Shown: positions 9,596 through 19,023 of the stretch, in pieces
Layout of the letters: the number at the start of each line of letters is the position of its first letter
How positions within the stretch are numbered: position 1 is the first letter of the stretch
Origin: a candidate division WWE3 bacterium
GTDB lineage: Bacteria > Patescibacteriota > WWE3 > UBA101185 > UBA10185
Direction of reading: 5' to 3'
NCBI GenBank assembly: GCA_016182565.1
Contig: JACPGI010000004.1
Coordinates: forward strand, 174,775 to 238,774
Length of the DNA: 64,000 bases
Notes under the pieces: generated by a model
Seen by the model: the letters and a program-made list of their open reading frames with translations, nothing else
The model's database searches: none
What the model was told of the DNA's origin: nothing
Translations under genes and position numbers: made by a program

Positions 9596-9856
9596 TTAAT
9601 TGGCAGGTTTCACATTAACATCAATGCTATTTGGTAACTCTATTTGAGGAGCCGGCATTGTTATTTGTGGGGCTGGAACATTCACTTGTACAGGTCCCAT
9701 CTCTCTTATAATTGGTAAGCCGAAATACAATACCGCTAAAAGGAATAGCACTAAAATCACTACCCCAATCATAAATCCGCTGCCACTATTATCTGCAACT
9801 ACTGCTACCGGTGTTGGGTTTTGTACTGGATTATTTACTACTGTTGTCATATTCAT
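9596..9856 (-). CDS. hypothetical small membrane protein (PAPQI repeats)
   Basis: 86-aa ORF with one TM helix and the repeat VPAPQITMPAPQIELP. Confidence 0.4.
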   Translation of the reverse strand: MNMTTVVNNPVQNPTPVAVVADNSGSGFMIGVVILVLFLLAVLYFGLPIIREMGPVQVNVPAPQITMPAPQIELPNSIDVNVKPAN

Positions 9857-9918
9857 TCACCTACTTTCAAAAATATATTAATACTAAGTAATCGGGTGAT
9901 TTTTGATTTTTCAAAAGA

Positions 9919-10092
9919 TTACCTTGTCAGTTTTGGCTTCTTTATAATTGTGGCTTTGGGTAAATACAATATAAGTGCTTTTTCAACAAGACTTGTTAAA
10001 GAGATATTATCTACGACTGCCTGAGCTCTACCTTGTTTAACAATCGAAGGTTCAAGAAATAATGTGACTCGTTGTTTTGTAGTAGTTGACAT
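9919..10092 (-). CDS. putative ribbon-helix-helix (CopG/Arc-like) DNA-binding protein, 57 aa
   Basis: My own translation gives MSTTTKQRVTLFLEPSIVKQGRAQAVVDNISLTSLVEKALILYLPKATIIKKPKLTR. The strand-helix-helix pattern is RHH-like. It is below the 60-aa cut-off of the ORF track. Confidence 0.35.
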   Translation of the reverse strand: MSTTTKQRVTLFLEPSIVKQGRAQAVVDNISLTSLVEKALILYLPKATIIKKPKLTR

Positions 10093-10584
10093 ACTTAATA
10101 CAGTACACCTAGTTGTAGCAATTGTATATAGGCAGATTTAGTCTTAAGTTTGATAGAAAAAATTTATTAGTCGATTTGAGTGAATTGTCAGTTTATAAGT
10201 TTAGTAGTAGAGCATATAAACCTGCCTCAGTTTCAAATTCCTCTGATAGCAGGTCTATAACAACCTATATTTTATGCTTTGATAGGAGTTTCTTCTGTAG
10301 TCTCAGTTGTAGTTGTAACTTTTACTTCTTCTACTTTAGTTTCTGTTACTTTAGACTCAGTAGTATCTATTGGGGTTACTGGTGTAACATCTGTGCTTAC
10401 TACATCATTTGTTTGTGTGTTTACGTCTGTCATATTAAGTCACCTGCTTTTCAATTTTAATTTGATACGTTGTAATCTAGAGTTTTATTAATGGGGCTAT
10501 TCGAGGAATAAAAATATAGGTACTCCGTTATTATACCTGAATTTAAAAAATAGTATATGGTTATGGTATTACGACTGTTACTGT

Positions 10585-11325
10585 TTAATCTGCAACTACG
10601 TATCTAAATCTTTCCCATCTTCTATCGGAGCCTTCAATTACTGTGAAATAGTCAGTAGTATCTTTCGAATATGTTTCTGAATACTGAGAGGCATGGCAAA
10701 TAAGAGCTTTTGTTCTTATTTCTACAGTTGATGTTATATCTATAAAAATTTCATTTGAAAGATTATAAGAATCTACAAATAAATACTCACTCACTTTATG
10801 TGATGTGATATTTTTGTCTTGAAACTGTTCTGGAAAAAATAATAAATCTCGGCTGTAAGGATATGTAGCATCAACAACAGACATACCTGTGTTCCTATGA
10901 TCACGATGATTTATCCAACTATCGCTTTCGTTAAATTTAATGATTACATTTTCTGGATTATGTGTTATTACCAAATCCGGTTTAAATAATCTAATCTGCT
11001 TAACTAGTGGTTCTATTGTCCTCATATCATTAAGGATTTCACCATCGCCTAAATTTAAGTAAATATTGTTTTCGGGAGCTATTCCCAAAATTTTCATCGC
11101 TTGAGTGTCCTCATTTTCTCTTAATGCTTTTAAGTCTTTTTCGGATATACTCTCACCTCTGGCACCTTTGTTGCCTGACGTTACCTTAACTACCCTCACT
11201 TCTTTACCGTCGGCTGTTAAACGTGCTATTGTACCGCCGCAGTATATTTCAGCATCATCTGGATGAGCAAATACAATAAGAATCCTTTGTTTATTTCCAA
11301 AAATTTTGCTGTATGAATCTTCCAT
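10585..11325 (-). CDS. PIG-L/LmbE-family N-acetylglucosaminyl deacetylase
   Basis: AHPDDAEIYCGG motif; about 246 aa. Confidence 0.75.
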   Translation of the reverse strand: MEDSYSKIFGNKQRILIVFAHPDDAEIYCGGTIARLTADGKEVRVVKVTSGNKGARGESISEKDLKALRENEDTQAMKILGIAPENNIYLNLGDGEILNDMRTIEPLVKQIRLFKPDLVITHNPENVIIKFNESDSWINHRDHRNTGMSVVDATYPYSRDLLFFPEQFQDKNITSHKVSEYLFVDSYNLSNEIFIDITSTVEIRTKALICHASQYSETYSKDTTDYFTVIEGSDRRWERFRYVVAD

Positions 11326-11473
11326 ATAGTATTATGTGAGCACTTAATTTTACTGATTAATATTATACACGATTAAATCTTGGTCGAGGGTAGTGTTGTA
11401 ATTAAAAATTGCTTTTTCCAACAGATATACTATATTTAGGCAAAGAAAATAGATAATAAGAAAAGGAGCAACT

Positions 11474-11737
11474 ATGAGCCTGCTTGCATGTATAGGTGGT
11501 TTGATTTTGGGGTATGGTTTTGGAAGATTTTCTGCAAGCGTAGATAAAGCTAGAAACAATGTTGCAACAGACAAGATACGGCACGCAAGACATTTTTTCT
11601 TATTTGGTTGGTTGTATCTTACCATCCTGGTTGTTGTACTTCTTCTTAACTATCACCCGATAGTTATTTTGATAGTTTCAATGATGGCGGGAGTTGAATT
11701 TACTCTTCTTTATTTTTGTAAAAGAGATCTGCATTAG
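11474..11737 (+). CDS. hypothetical small membrane protein
   Basis: An AAGGAG RBS lies 7 nt upstream of the ATG and the protein has two TM helices. It is preferred over the overlapping antisense ORF 11350..11625. Confidence 0.45.
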   Translation: MSLLACIGGLILGYGFGRFSASVDKARNNVATDKIRHARHFFLFGWLYLTILVVVLLLNYHPIVILIVSMMAGVEFTLLYFCKRDLH

Positions 11738-11753
11738 CCATGAGATCTCTTTT
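11720..11753. terminator. bidirectional intrinsic terminator hairpin (AAAAGAGATCT-N12-AGATCTCTTTT) between convergent genes
   Basis: 11-bp perfect inverted repeat with A/T runs on both sides. Confidence 0.55.
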
Positions 11754-11757
11754 GATC

Positions 11758-12087
11758 TTATTCACTAATTAACTCCTTATATATTACAACTGCAACGGTG
11801 CCAATTACTCCCCAAAAAAGCATCATCTGAACCGGTACACCTAAAAAACTAGGACCAGTATAGCTCCACATATGACCAAAATTCACTAATATGATTTCGG
11901 TAAAACCACCAACACCACTTATCAAAACAAACCACAACAACTCTTTTTTAATAGGGATCACAATATGTTTTGCATATGCGATAAGTATAAGCAAACACAA
12001 AAGTAGAATAACTTGCTCCCACAAAAAAAGAATAAGGAAGGTGGTAAGAAATAAAAAAGCTAATGAGTATGAGATTCTACGATTCAC
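11758..12087 (-). CDS. hypothetical membrane protein
   Basis: 109 aa with 3 predicted TM helices. Confidence 0.4.
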   Translation of the reverse strand: MNRRISYSLAFLFLTTFLILFLWEQVILLLCLLILIAYAKHIVIPIKKELLWFVLISGVGGFTEIILVNFGHMWSYTGPSFLGVPVQMMLFWGVIGTVAVVIYKELISE

Positions 12088-12215
12088 AGTACAAATTATA
12101 CAAAACTTCTGGTTATTAAAAAATATGCACTTATATTAAATCTCGAAGTTATATTAGGTGTTGAGGTCCACATTTGGGTACAAATCGTATTTTCTGCTGC
12201 GTTAATCCGGGATTA

Positions 12216-12291
12216 TGGGGTGGCTGACGGGGATCGAACCCGTGACATCCGGCTCCACAGGCCAGCGTTCTGCCTCTGAACTACAGCCACC
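12216..12291 (-). tRNA. tRNA-His (GTG) with encoded G-1, C73 and CCA
   Basis: Manual cloverleaf: acceptor GTGGCTG/CAGCCAC with the extra 5' G pairing C73, anticodon loop CUGUGGA, T-loop TTCGATC. Confidence 0.85.
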
Positions 12292-12340
12292 GTAGAAAGT
12301 TAATCAAAACGACTTATGACTGCAGTATTATACATGAGGT

Positions 12341-13762
12341 TTAATTGGTCTGTATCCTTTTCCAGTTGTAAAAATCCAGAAATCTGTCTCCGGTAGTAAA
12401 TGTGTACTTGTCACCTATTCCATCAATATATTTTGAGATATAGTAGTTTACATATGGGTGGTATAAAAATATGGCTGGGACTTCACTTTCCATAACATCC
12501 TGAAACACATTGTAATGAATAAGCCTTGCTGCATAATCGACTGCATTTCTCCCTTCTTCTAAAGCTCTGTCAGCTTTTACCTGTTCAAACCCTGTTAAAT
12601 TCAAATTTGGAAACTCTTTCTGTGTTGAGTGCCAATTTACATATCTGTCTGGATCACGACCCACTTCTTGGCCATACAATAAAATTTCAAAATCCCTGTT
12701 TTGTAAAACTTCTTCCATTATTTTACTCGGATCAACTTCTCTTATTTGTACGTCTAAACCAAATTTATTCTCCCAAATATTTTTAATCTTTTTTGCCACA
12801 TCTTTGTGGTCAGATAGGTTTGGCACAGTTATAGTTATTTTCTTTTGGATTACCTCAGAAGCTAGAGCTTTATCAAAATGATTTGTGTCTACGGACTCTT
12901 TGGTAAAAATACTTTTACTAATAGCGCCTTCCACCGGTATACCATAAGGCTGGATTAGTTCATCAATAGGTAAAGAGGCACGAAGTTTCCTTCTAAATTC
13001 GACGTCTTTAAATGTGTCAGTTCGCAAATTAAACATTAATGAATAGTAGACGCTTTGGATTGGAAACTTCTTATTTGTGTAGTTTTCAAATTCAAAGTGA
13101 CTCGCACTTACAAAACCGTCAATTTCACCAAGTTTGGCTGCAAGTTCTAGCTCATCATCATTCGCATAATATCTAAACACAAGTTTATTTATCTGGGTTG
13201 CCTTATTTTGGTTATACAAAGTGACTTCCTTTATCACCGGCCCGCCTCTTTTCACACTGATAACCCTAAAATCGGCACTTGTGACTGGATTTAATTTATT
13301 TTGGTTTTCTTCAGAATTTGATTTCATCACCCCAATAGTCATGATACTAAGGAAAGGTGAAAATTTGTTCGGAAGCGTATAACGCACGGTCCTATCATCT
13401 ACCTTGTCTGTTGCAATACCTGCAAGTGTTGGTGTCTTAAAAGCTGTGTATATAAGATCATCAGCATTTATTGTACTTCCGTCACTCCATTTTTGATCAC
13501 TTTTAATTGTGATTGTATAAACAATGCCATCTTCAGATACTATCCAACTATCGGCTAAGTCTGGGATTAAAGTGCCATAAATATCGTATTTAAAAAGTCC
13601 TCGGAATATAAGACTTGAGATTGTTTTGTCAGTACGGTTTTGGGCTTGACTGGGAAAAAATGAGTCGGGCTGTCCTACAACACCTTCCGTAAAACGAACA
13701 CCGGGTGAAATGCTAAGTATAAGTGCTGAAATATTTAGAATGACTTTATCAAGAAGTTGCAT
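12341..13762 (-). CDS. ABC transporter substrate-binding protein, family 5 (peptide/nickel type)
   Basis: 473 aa. The SBP_bac_5-like N-terminal region reads LFKYD..G.LIPDLADSW.VSEDG..YT..I..D.KWSDGS.I. No permease gene is adjacent. Confidence 0.65.
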   Translation of the reverse strand: MQLLDKVILNISALILSISPGVRFTEGVVGQPDSFFPSQAQNRTDKTISSLIFRGLFKYDIYGTLIPDLADSWIVSEDGIVYTITIKSDQKWSDGSTINADDLIYTAFKTPTLAGIATDKVDDRTVRYTLPNKFSPFLSIMTIGVMKSNSEENQNKLNPVTSADFRVISVKRGGPVIKEVTLYNQNKATQINKLVFRYYANDDELELAAKLGEIDGFVSASHFEFENYTNKKFPIQSVYYSLMFNLRTDTFKDVEFRRKLRASLPIDELIQPYGIPVEGAISKSIFTKESVDTNHFDKALASEVIQKKITITVPNLSDHKDVAKKIKNIWENKFGLDVQIREVDPSKIMEEVLQNRDFEILLYGQEVGRDPDRYVNWHSTQKEFPNLNLTGFEQVKADRALEEGRNAVDYAARLIHYNVFQDVMESEVPAIFLYHPYVNYYISKYIDGIGDKYTFTTGDRFLDFYNWKRIQTN

Positions 13763-13951
13763 CTGCGATATGATTTTATCAGATATTCGGTTAAGCTGCC
13801 GGATACTGCACAGGCGGAAGATTAAATGCAGTAGCGGGACATTTTAACCATGCTTTATTGTACTTGAAGAGGCAATGTTAAGTATTTGCCATAGTACTAG
13901 TAATGTTGGTAAAATACCGCAGTTACATGCTTATTTTAATCACGCAATCAT

Positions 13952-14026
13952 GGCCCCATCGTCTAACGGTTAGGACGCCAGGTTTTCATCCTGGTAATCG
14001 GAGTTCGATCCTCCGTGGGGTCACCA
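13952..14026 (+). tRNA. tRNA-Glu (TTC)
   Basis: Cloverleaf folded by hand; anticodon loop UUUUCAU; CCA encoded. Confidence 0.85.
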
Positions 14027-14032
14027 AAATCT

Positions 14033-15004
14033 ATGCTTGAAAACTATTTTAAGAATTCAGTATTTAATAACTTTTTCAAAATTGAATTAAATCCTGTTGA
14101 ACTTTCTATAGCGAAAGAGTCAATAACTAGTAAATATACGCAAGGTCTAAAGGCTAGTCTTTTATACGGAGTACTAATAATCCCCACCCTTCTTTTTGTT
14201 GACACTACAGTACTTGGAAGTGTACTTATACCTATCACAATGGTATCCGGAACTGCGTGGTTTGCAGTTTCGTTGGTAAACATTAAAAGAAAGTTTGAAC
14301 CTTTTGGAAACGAACTAACAATAGATCTATACAGAGCATTTACAACATCTCTCATGTTTCTTGCCCTGATGGCTTTAATTTCACTAAACTCACAAATCTT
14401 CGGGCGTGTAACTGCGTGGGGAATAAATTACCCATTGGTAAGTTATGTAGCAGGGCTTATTGGCACTCTTCTTGTTTTCAAGATGATTTATGACGTTTTT
14501 CTCGGTGCAACAAAATATGATATGAATGATTCAATGCTTACAGGTCAAAGTGAAGCGGCACAACAATTCTTTACAAAATCACTCGATTTTTCTCACCAAG
14601 TGACAGATCTTATAAGACGCGATGAAAACATCCAAACTACAAACTACTACATTAGTGATGGGTTTTCTAGAATTTTTAATACAATAATGATGATTCAGCA
14701 ACAAAGGGGTGTGAGTTTTACAAAAGCACAAAACTTAAATGAGCAAATTTTAACAGTACTAAAACATCCTGATATGCCACAAGAAGAAGTTGAAAAAATA
14801 TTTTTTAGTTCTTTACTAGGTTTTAAAGATTTACTAAATAAAAATAACAATTCAGCAAAGAAAATTGGTTATGTAGATATCGAAATAGAATGCTTAAAAT
14901 CAAATACGGCTGAGAGCAGCCGTATTAAAGCACTGAGGTATGCGACTGTATTCACCCTAATGTACGAAATCGTTACTGATGAGGGACAGGATATCTTTGT
15001 ATAA
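14033..15004 (+). CDS. hypothetical membrane protein
   Basis: The track ORF 14015.. overlaps the tRNA-Glu 3' end, so the start was moved to the internal Met (MLENYF...). Confidence 0.45.
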   Translation: MLENYFKNSVFNNFFKIELNPVELSIAKESITSKYTQGLKASLLYGVLIIPTLLFVDTTVLGSVLIPITMVSGTAWFAVSLVNIKRKFEPFGNELTIDLYRAFTTSLMFLALMALISLNSQIFGRVTAWGINYPLVSYVAGLIGTLLVFKMIYDVFLGATKYDMNDSMLTGQSEAAQQFFTKSLDFSHQVTDLIRRDENIQTTNYYISDGFSRIFNTIMMIQQQRGVSFTKAQNLNEQILTVLKHPDMPQEEVEKIFFSSLLGFKDLLNKNNNSAKKIGYVDIEIECLKSNTAESSRIKALRYATVFTLMYEIVTDEGQDIFV

Positions 15005-15081
15005 ACTCATCTAGTAAGTAGTAAAAAGATCCTTAATAATTAAGCAATCGGTGTGATTCTCTTATAAACCTGAAAAACCAT

Positions 15082-15816
15082 ATGAAAGTTGTTATCCAAG
15101 GTATATTAACTAATTACGAAATAATTGGGAGGGGTGAAAAAACCCTTGTAATACTACATGGTTGGCAACGATCAATTGTAGATTGGTTGCCATTTGCAAA
15201 GTCAATATCGGATAGTTATAGGGTTGTTTTGTTAGACCTACCTGGATTTGGTACTACGCCAAGACCCACAAATACTTTTGATACATATGACTATGCTCGC
15301 TTTGTGAAAGACTTTCTGCATAAAACCGGTATCTTGCACTATTCTTTACTTGGGCATTCTTTTGGTGGGAGACTATGTATAATTCTTGCATCTGAAACAA
15401 ATAATATTTCTAAACTTGTCCTTGTAGACAGTGCTGGTATTGAAGCAAAAACTTTTGAAATAAAATTGAAAATCTATTTATTTAAACTTTTTATAAAACC
15501 GTTCAAAAAATTATCAACCACATTTGGAATAAATATTAAAAGCCTTATTGGGAGCCATGATTACAAAAAAGCCAATAATATGCGCGATATATTTGTAAAG
15601 GTGGTAAATCAAGACCTGTCAAACTTAATTCCAAAAATCTTAGTAAAAACTTTAATAGTCTGGGGAGATAAGGATGAAATTTTGCCAGTAAATCAAACGA
15701 AAAAATTTAAACAAATCCCAAACTCCGCCGTTAAGATTGTTTGGGGAGCTGGGCATTCACCACACATCGAAAAACCTGGAGATTTTACACAGACAGTTAA
15801 GGAATTTCTATGTTAA
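15082..15816 (+). CDS. alpha/beta-fold hydrolase
   Basis: HGW oxyanion region and the nucleophile elbow GHSFGG. Confidence 0.7.
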   Translation: MKVVIQGILTNYEIIGRGEKTLVILHGWQRSIVDWLPFAKSISDSYRVVLLDLPGFGTTPRPTNTFDTYDYARFVKDFLHKTGILHYSLLGHSFGGRLCIILASETNNISKLVLVDSAGIEAKTFEIKLKIYLFKLFIKPFKKLSTTFGINIKSLIGSHDYKKANNMRDIFVKVVNQDLSNLIPKILVKTLIVWGDKDEILPVNQTKKFKQIPNSAVKIVWGAGHSPHIEKPGDFTQTVKEFLC

Positions 15817-17204
15817 AAAAATTAATACCAATAGAACTTCAATTAAATATCTTTCAACTAGAAGAGTATTCAGTATCAAGATTTATATTGTGGCTTAAAA
15901 ATAACCTTTACACAAGAAAACTTGAGGAAAAAAAGAAGTTAGTTTGGACACATAAAGCAAGATTTATCTATAGATTTGCTCTATTTTACTTTTTTAGTTT
16001 TGTGACTATTGCATACGTTATATTTGGAGTCATAGGGCTTTTATTGTCACTTCTTTCTATCACACAACCATATCTATTTTTAATTCTTGGACTTCTTACA
16101 AGATTCCCTTACGAATTTGTTAATCGTAGGCACACAAAAAACCAAACAAATATAAAACTTAAGACATTTAGCAAACTTAAAGTAATTGGTATTACAGGAT
16201 CATACGGAAAAACCAGTGTAAAAGAATTTCTGTATACAATTTTAAAGCAAGAATACAATGTGTTAAAAACACCTGAAAGTTACAATACTTTATTTGGTAT
16301 CTCAAAGGTTGTCGATTTGGAGCTTGATGGGAGCTACGATTTCTTTATATGTGAAATGGGCGCATACAAAATTGGGGAAATAAATGAGTTATGTGAGATG
16401 GTAAATCCAACCTATGCAATACTTACTGGTATAAATGAACAGCATTTGGAACGTTTTGGCTCAATTGAAAATACTACAAAAGCAAAATTTGAACTTATAA
16501 ATTCTCTACCTGAAAATGGTTTTGGTTTAGTCAATATAGATAATAAGATAATCCTAAACAATTATAAAAAATATGCAAAGAAATTAATTGAGTACGGACA
16601 CAACTCGAGTTTTAATACAGTTACTAACTGTATTACGACACTAGAAGGAACTAAATTTGATTTAATGCTCAATGGAGTTACATATCAGTGTTCAACACAC
16701 CTTATTGGAAATAGTAATCTTACAAATCTAGTGGCTGCAGCTACAATGGCTTACAACCTCGGGACTCCAATAAATCAAATACTTCACGGTATTTCGTTAC
16801 TTAGATCAGTGCCACACCGACTTGAACTAAAAGTATTACAGGTACAAGGCATAACCTTGATTGATGATGCGTATAATAGTAATCCCACAGGATTTCATGA
16901 GGCCCTTGAAACCTTGAAGCTATTTACTAACCACACTAAAGTGCTAGTAACACCAGGGATTGTAGAACTTGGTCAAAGTAGTGAAAAAATTCACCATGAT
17001 ATTGGGGAAAAGGCTGACTATATATGCGACTTTATTTTTCTAGTAGGAAACAATGATAGAACAAAAGCACTAGCAAATGGTGTAAAAAACAAAGAAAAAA
17101 TTATTATGCTAAAAGGTATAAGTGAGCTTTGGCTAGAGATTACAAAATTAAAACTTACTAATCCGGTTGTGCTTATAGAAAACGATTTACCAGATAATTA
17201 TTAA
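15810..17204 (+). CDS. murF: UDP-MurNAc-tripeptide:D-Ala-D-Ala ligase (MurF) with unusual N-terminal transmembrane segment
   Basis: Mur ligase P-loop GITGSYGKTS, the MurF hallmark DDAYNSNP, and roughly 60 hydrophobic residues at the N-terminus. Confidence 0.65.
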   Translation: MLKKLIPIELQLNIFQLEEYSVSRFILWLKNNLYTRKLEEKKKLVWTHKARFIYRFALFYFFSFVTIAYVIFGVIGLLLSLLSITQPYLFLILGLLTRFPYEFVNRRHTKNQTNIKLKTFSKLKVIGITGSYGKTSVKEFLYTILKQEYNVLKTPESYNTLFGISKVVDLELDGSYDFFICEMGAYKIGEINELCEMVNPTYAILTGINEQHLERFGSIENTTKAKFELINSLPENGFGLVNIDNKIILNNYKKYAKKLIEYGHNSSFNTVTNCITTLEGTKFDLMLNGVTYQCSTHLIGNSNLTNLVAAATMAYNLGTPINQILHGISLLRSVPHRLELKVLQVQGITLIDDAYNSNPTGFHEALETLKLFTNHTKVLVTPGIVELGQSSEKIHHDIGEKADYICDFIFLVGNNDRTKALANGVKNKEKIIMLKGISELWLEITKLKLTNPVVLIENDLPDNY

Positions 17205-18424
17205 TTAAGTTTAGGCGACTTTGCCCCCGTATTAAAACCCTCAAGAATATTGTTCTCAAAAGTAGTAATATTTTTTCTAGTGTCTTCCCATTTTTCGTAT
17301 GCAAGGTCGATTAGCTGTGTAATTAACTCTTTAAAACTTATTCCAGTTGCTTCCCAGAGATAAAAAGCCATACTTCCAGGCGTTGTATTTATCTCTACAA
17401 CTATGAATTCATTTGTGCTCTCATCTAGTAAGAAATCAACCCTAGCAAGTCCGGAACAATCAAGTATTTGGAAGGTTTTGACTGCAGTTTCCCTTATCCT
17501 ACCCTCTAGTTCTTTGGAAATATCTGCCGGTATTTTTCGGCGAGCAGATACCATACCAGAGGATTTGCCACTCCCTATATACTTATCTTCAAAATTTAGG
17601 AAATCACTTTTTGCATAAACCTCTTCACAAACCGAAGCTTTAATTGTAGAACCACTGTTTCCCATCACTGAAACATTTATTTCCTTTGTGTGCATAAAAC
17701 CCTCTTCTACTATGATTTTTCTATCAAATGTAGCTGCCACCTCAATACCATTCTGTAGTTCTACCTTATTTGTAACCCTACTTATGCCTATACTAGACCC
17801 GGCGTTGGCAGGTTTTACAAATAAAGGATACTTAAGACTCATATCAATTTCAGAAATAACTTTTTCGGGTGAAATTTCCCAATCTTTTCGGTAAAACCAA
17901 AAGTAGTTTGCAGTTGGAATATTATGTTGTTTAAAAATGTCCTTCATAACTATCTTGTCCATACCTGTAGCAGACCCTAAAATGCCGGATCCAACATAAG
18001 GTATCTCTGCAAGTTCTAACATACCCTGTAAACCACCGTTCTCGCCAAGTCCACCATGGAAACATGGAAAAATTACATCTATATTTTCTTGGGGTGCATA
18101 TTTAAATGGGGCTAGGAAGGTTTTATTTTTTTGAACAAGCGAAAAATTTGAACTACTTGACTCCAGACCTCTCAACAACTCATTTGACTTTTCTGGTATT
18201 GAATATAGATTCCTGTAAGTCTCAATTTTATCCAAATCTTTCCCTGTATGCCATGAACTAAACTTGGAAACATATATAGGTAGGACATCATATTTTTCTT
18301 TATCAATATTATTTATTACTTGAATACCTGTAATTATAGATACTTCGTGCTCTGCAGACTTACCTCCAAAAAGCACGGCAATTCTTTTTTTGGTCTTATT
18401 TTGAACTTTTGAACTTAACTTCAC
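17201..18424 (-). CDS. ddl: D-alanine--D-alanine ligase
   Basis: N-terminal RIAVLFGGKSAEHEVS and the ATP-grasp core; convergent with murF. Confidence 0.8.
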   Translation of the reverse strand: MKLSSKVQNKTKKRIAVLFGGKSAEHEVSIITGIQVINNIDKEKYDVLPIYVSKFSSWHTGKDLDKIETYRNLYSIPEKSNELLRGLESSSSNFSLVQKNKTFLAPFKYAPQENIDVIFPCFHGGLGENGGLQGMLELAEIPYVGSGILGSATGMDKIVMKDIFKQHNIPTANYFWFYRKDWEISPEKVISEIDMSLKYPLFVKPANAGSSIGISRVTNKVELQNGIEVAATFDRKIIVEEGFMHTKEINVSVMGNSGSTIKASVCEEVYAKSDFLNFEDKYIGSGKSSGMVSARRKIPADISKELEGRIRETAVKTFQILDCSGLARVDFLLDESTNEFIVVEINTTPGSMAFYLWEATGISFKELITQLIDLAYEKWEDTRKNITTFENNILEGFNTGAKSPKLN

Positions 18425-18506
18425 TGGTTAATTATAACATCAGGACTATATCTGCAAGTAAGGGGCTGTCCTCAAGTGTTTCAAACACTATGATAATATA
18501 TTTAAT

Positions 18507-18983
18507 ATGAGGCCACTTATGAAGATTTATACTTTTGTCACTATTATATTGCTTTGTATCCTAAGTTTTTTACACATAACAAGGTTAGATGTTATTGTTC
18601 CAAAAATTAGTTTTAGATTTATTTCACCCACCAACCAAGAACTGGAGGTTGAATATAACTTCTGCTTCTATGAAGAAGATATGATAAGAGGAGATAAGTT
18701 TGGTGGTTTTAGTTGTTCAGATTTAGCAAACACAAAAACAGGTAGTATTGTAACTATTCCAGAGAAAAGATTAGTAAGTTATTGGCCATTTTCAAAATTT
18801 AATAATGTAACAATGTGGGGTAACCAGAAAGACGACAACTCCACACAATGCAGTTGGTTTGTCAACCTATGGTCTGAATACTATGAGTCAAGACTGGGAG
18901 CAGATGTGAAACCTGAAGGACATTACAATGAATATAGGTTAAAAGACATAAAAGATAAGATTATTGATATTGCGTGCCGGTAA
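18507..18983 (+). CDS. hypothetical secreted Cys-containing protein
   Basis: Signal-peptide-like N-terminus; no recognisable domain. Confidence 0.35.
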   Translation: MRPLMKIYTFVTIILLCILSFLHITRLDVIVPKISFRFISPTNQELEVEYNFCFYEEDMIRGDKFGGFSCSDLANTKTGSIVTIPEKRLVSYWPFSKFNNVTMWGNQKDDNSTQCSWFVNLWSEYYESRLGADVKPEGHYNEYRLKDIKDKIIDIACR

Positions 18984-19023
18984 AGTGCTAAAGTAAGATA
19001 AATTAATTGTAAAATCTATAGAT

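Noticed and set aside
10122-10491. Track ORFs 10122..10460(+) and 10279..10491(+); also a 44-codon acidic Thr-rich minus-strand ORF (about 10302..10433)
   Set aside because: The plus-strand products are Cys/Phe/Tyr- or Val/Ser/Thr-rich low-complexity strings typical of chance ORFs in AT-rich DNA. On re-reading, a frameshift-sized T-run truncates the minus-strand peptide to 44 aa of low-complexity sequence. It could be real but there is too little support to call it.
11350-11625. 91-aa and 63-aa minus-strand ORFs overlapping 11474..11737(+)
   Set aside because: The plus-strand ORF has a canonical AAGGAG RBS and a terminator hairpin at its stop. The minus-strand alternatives lack both.
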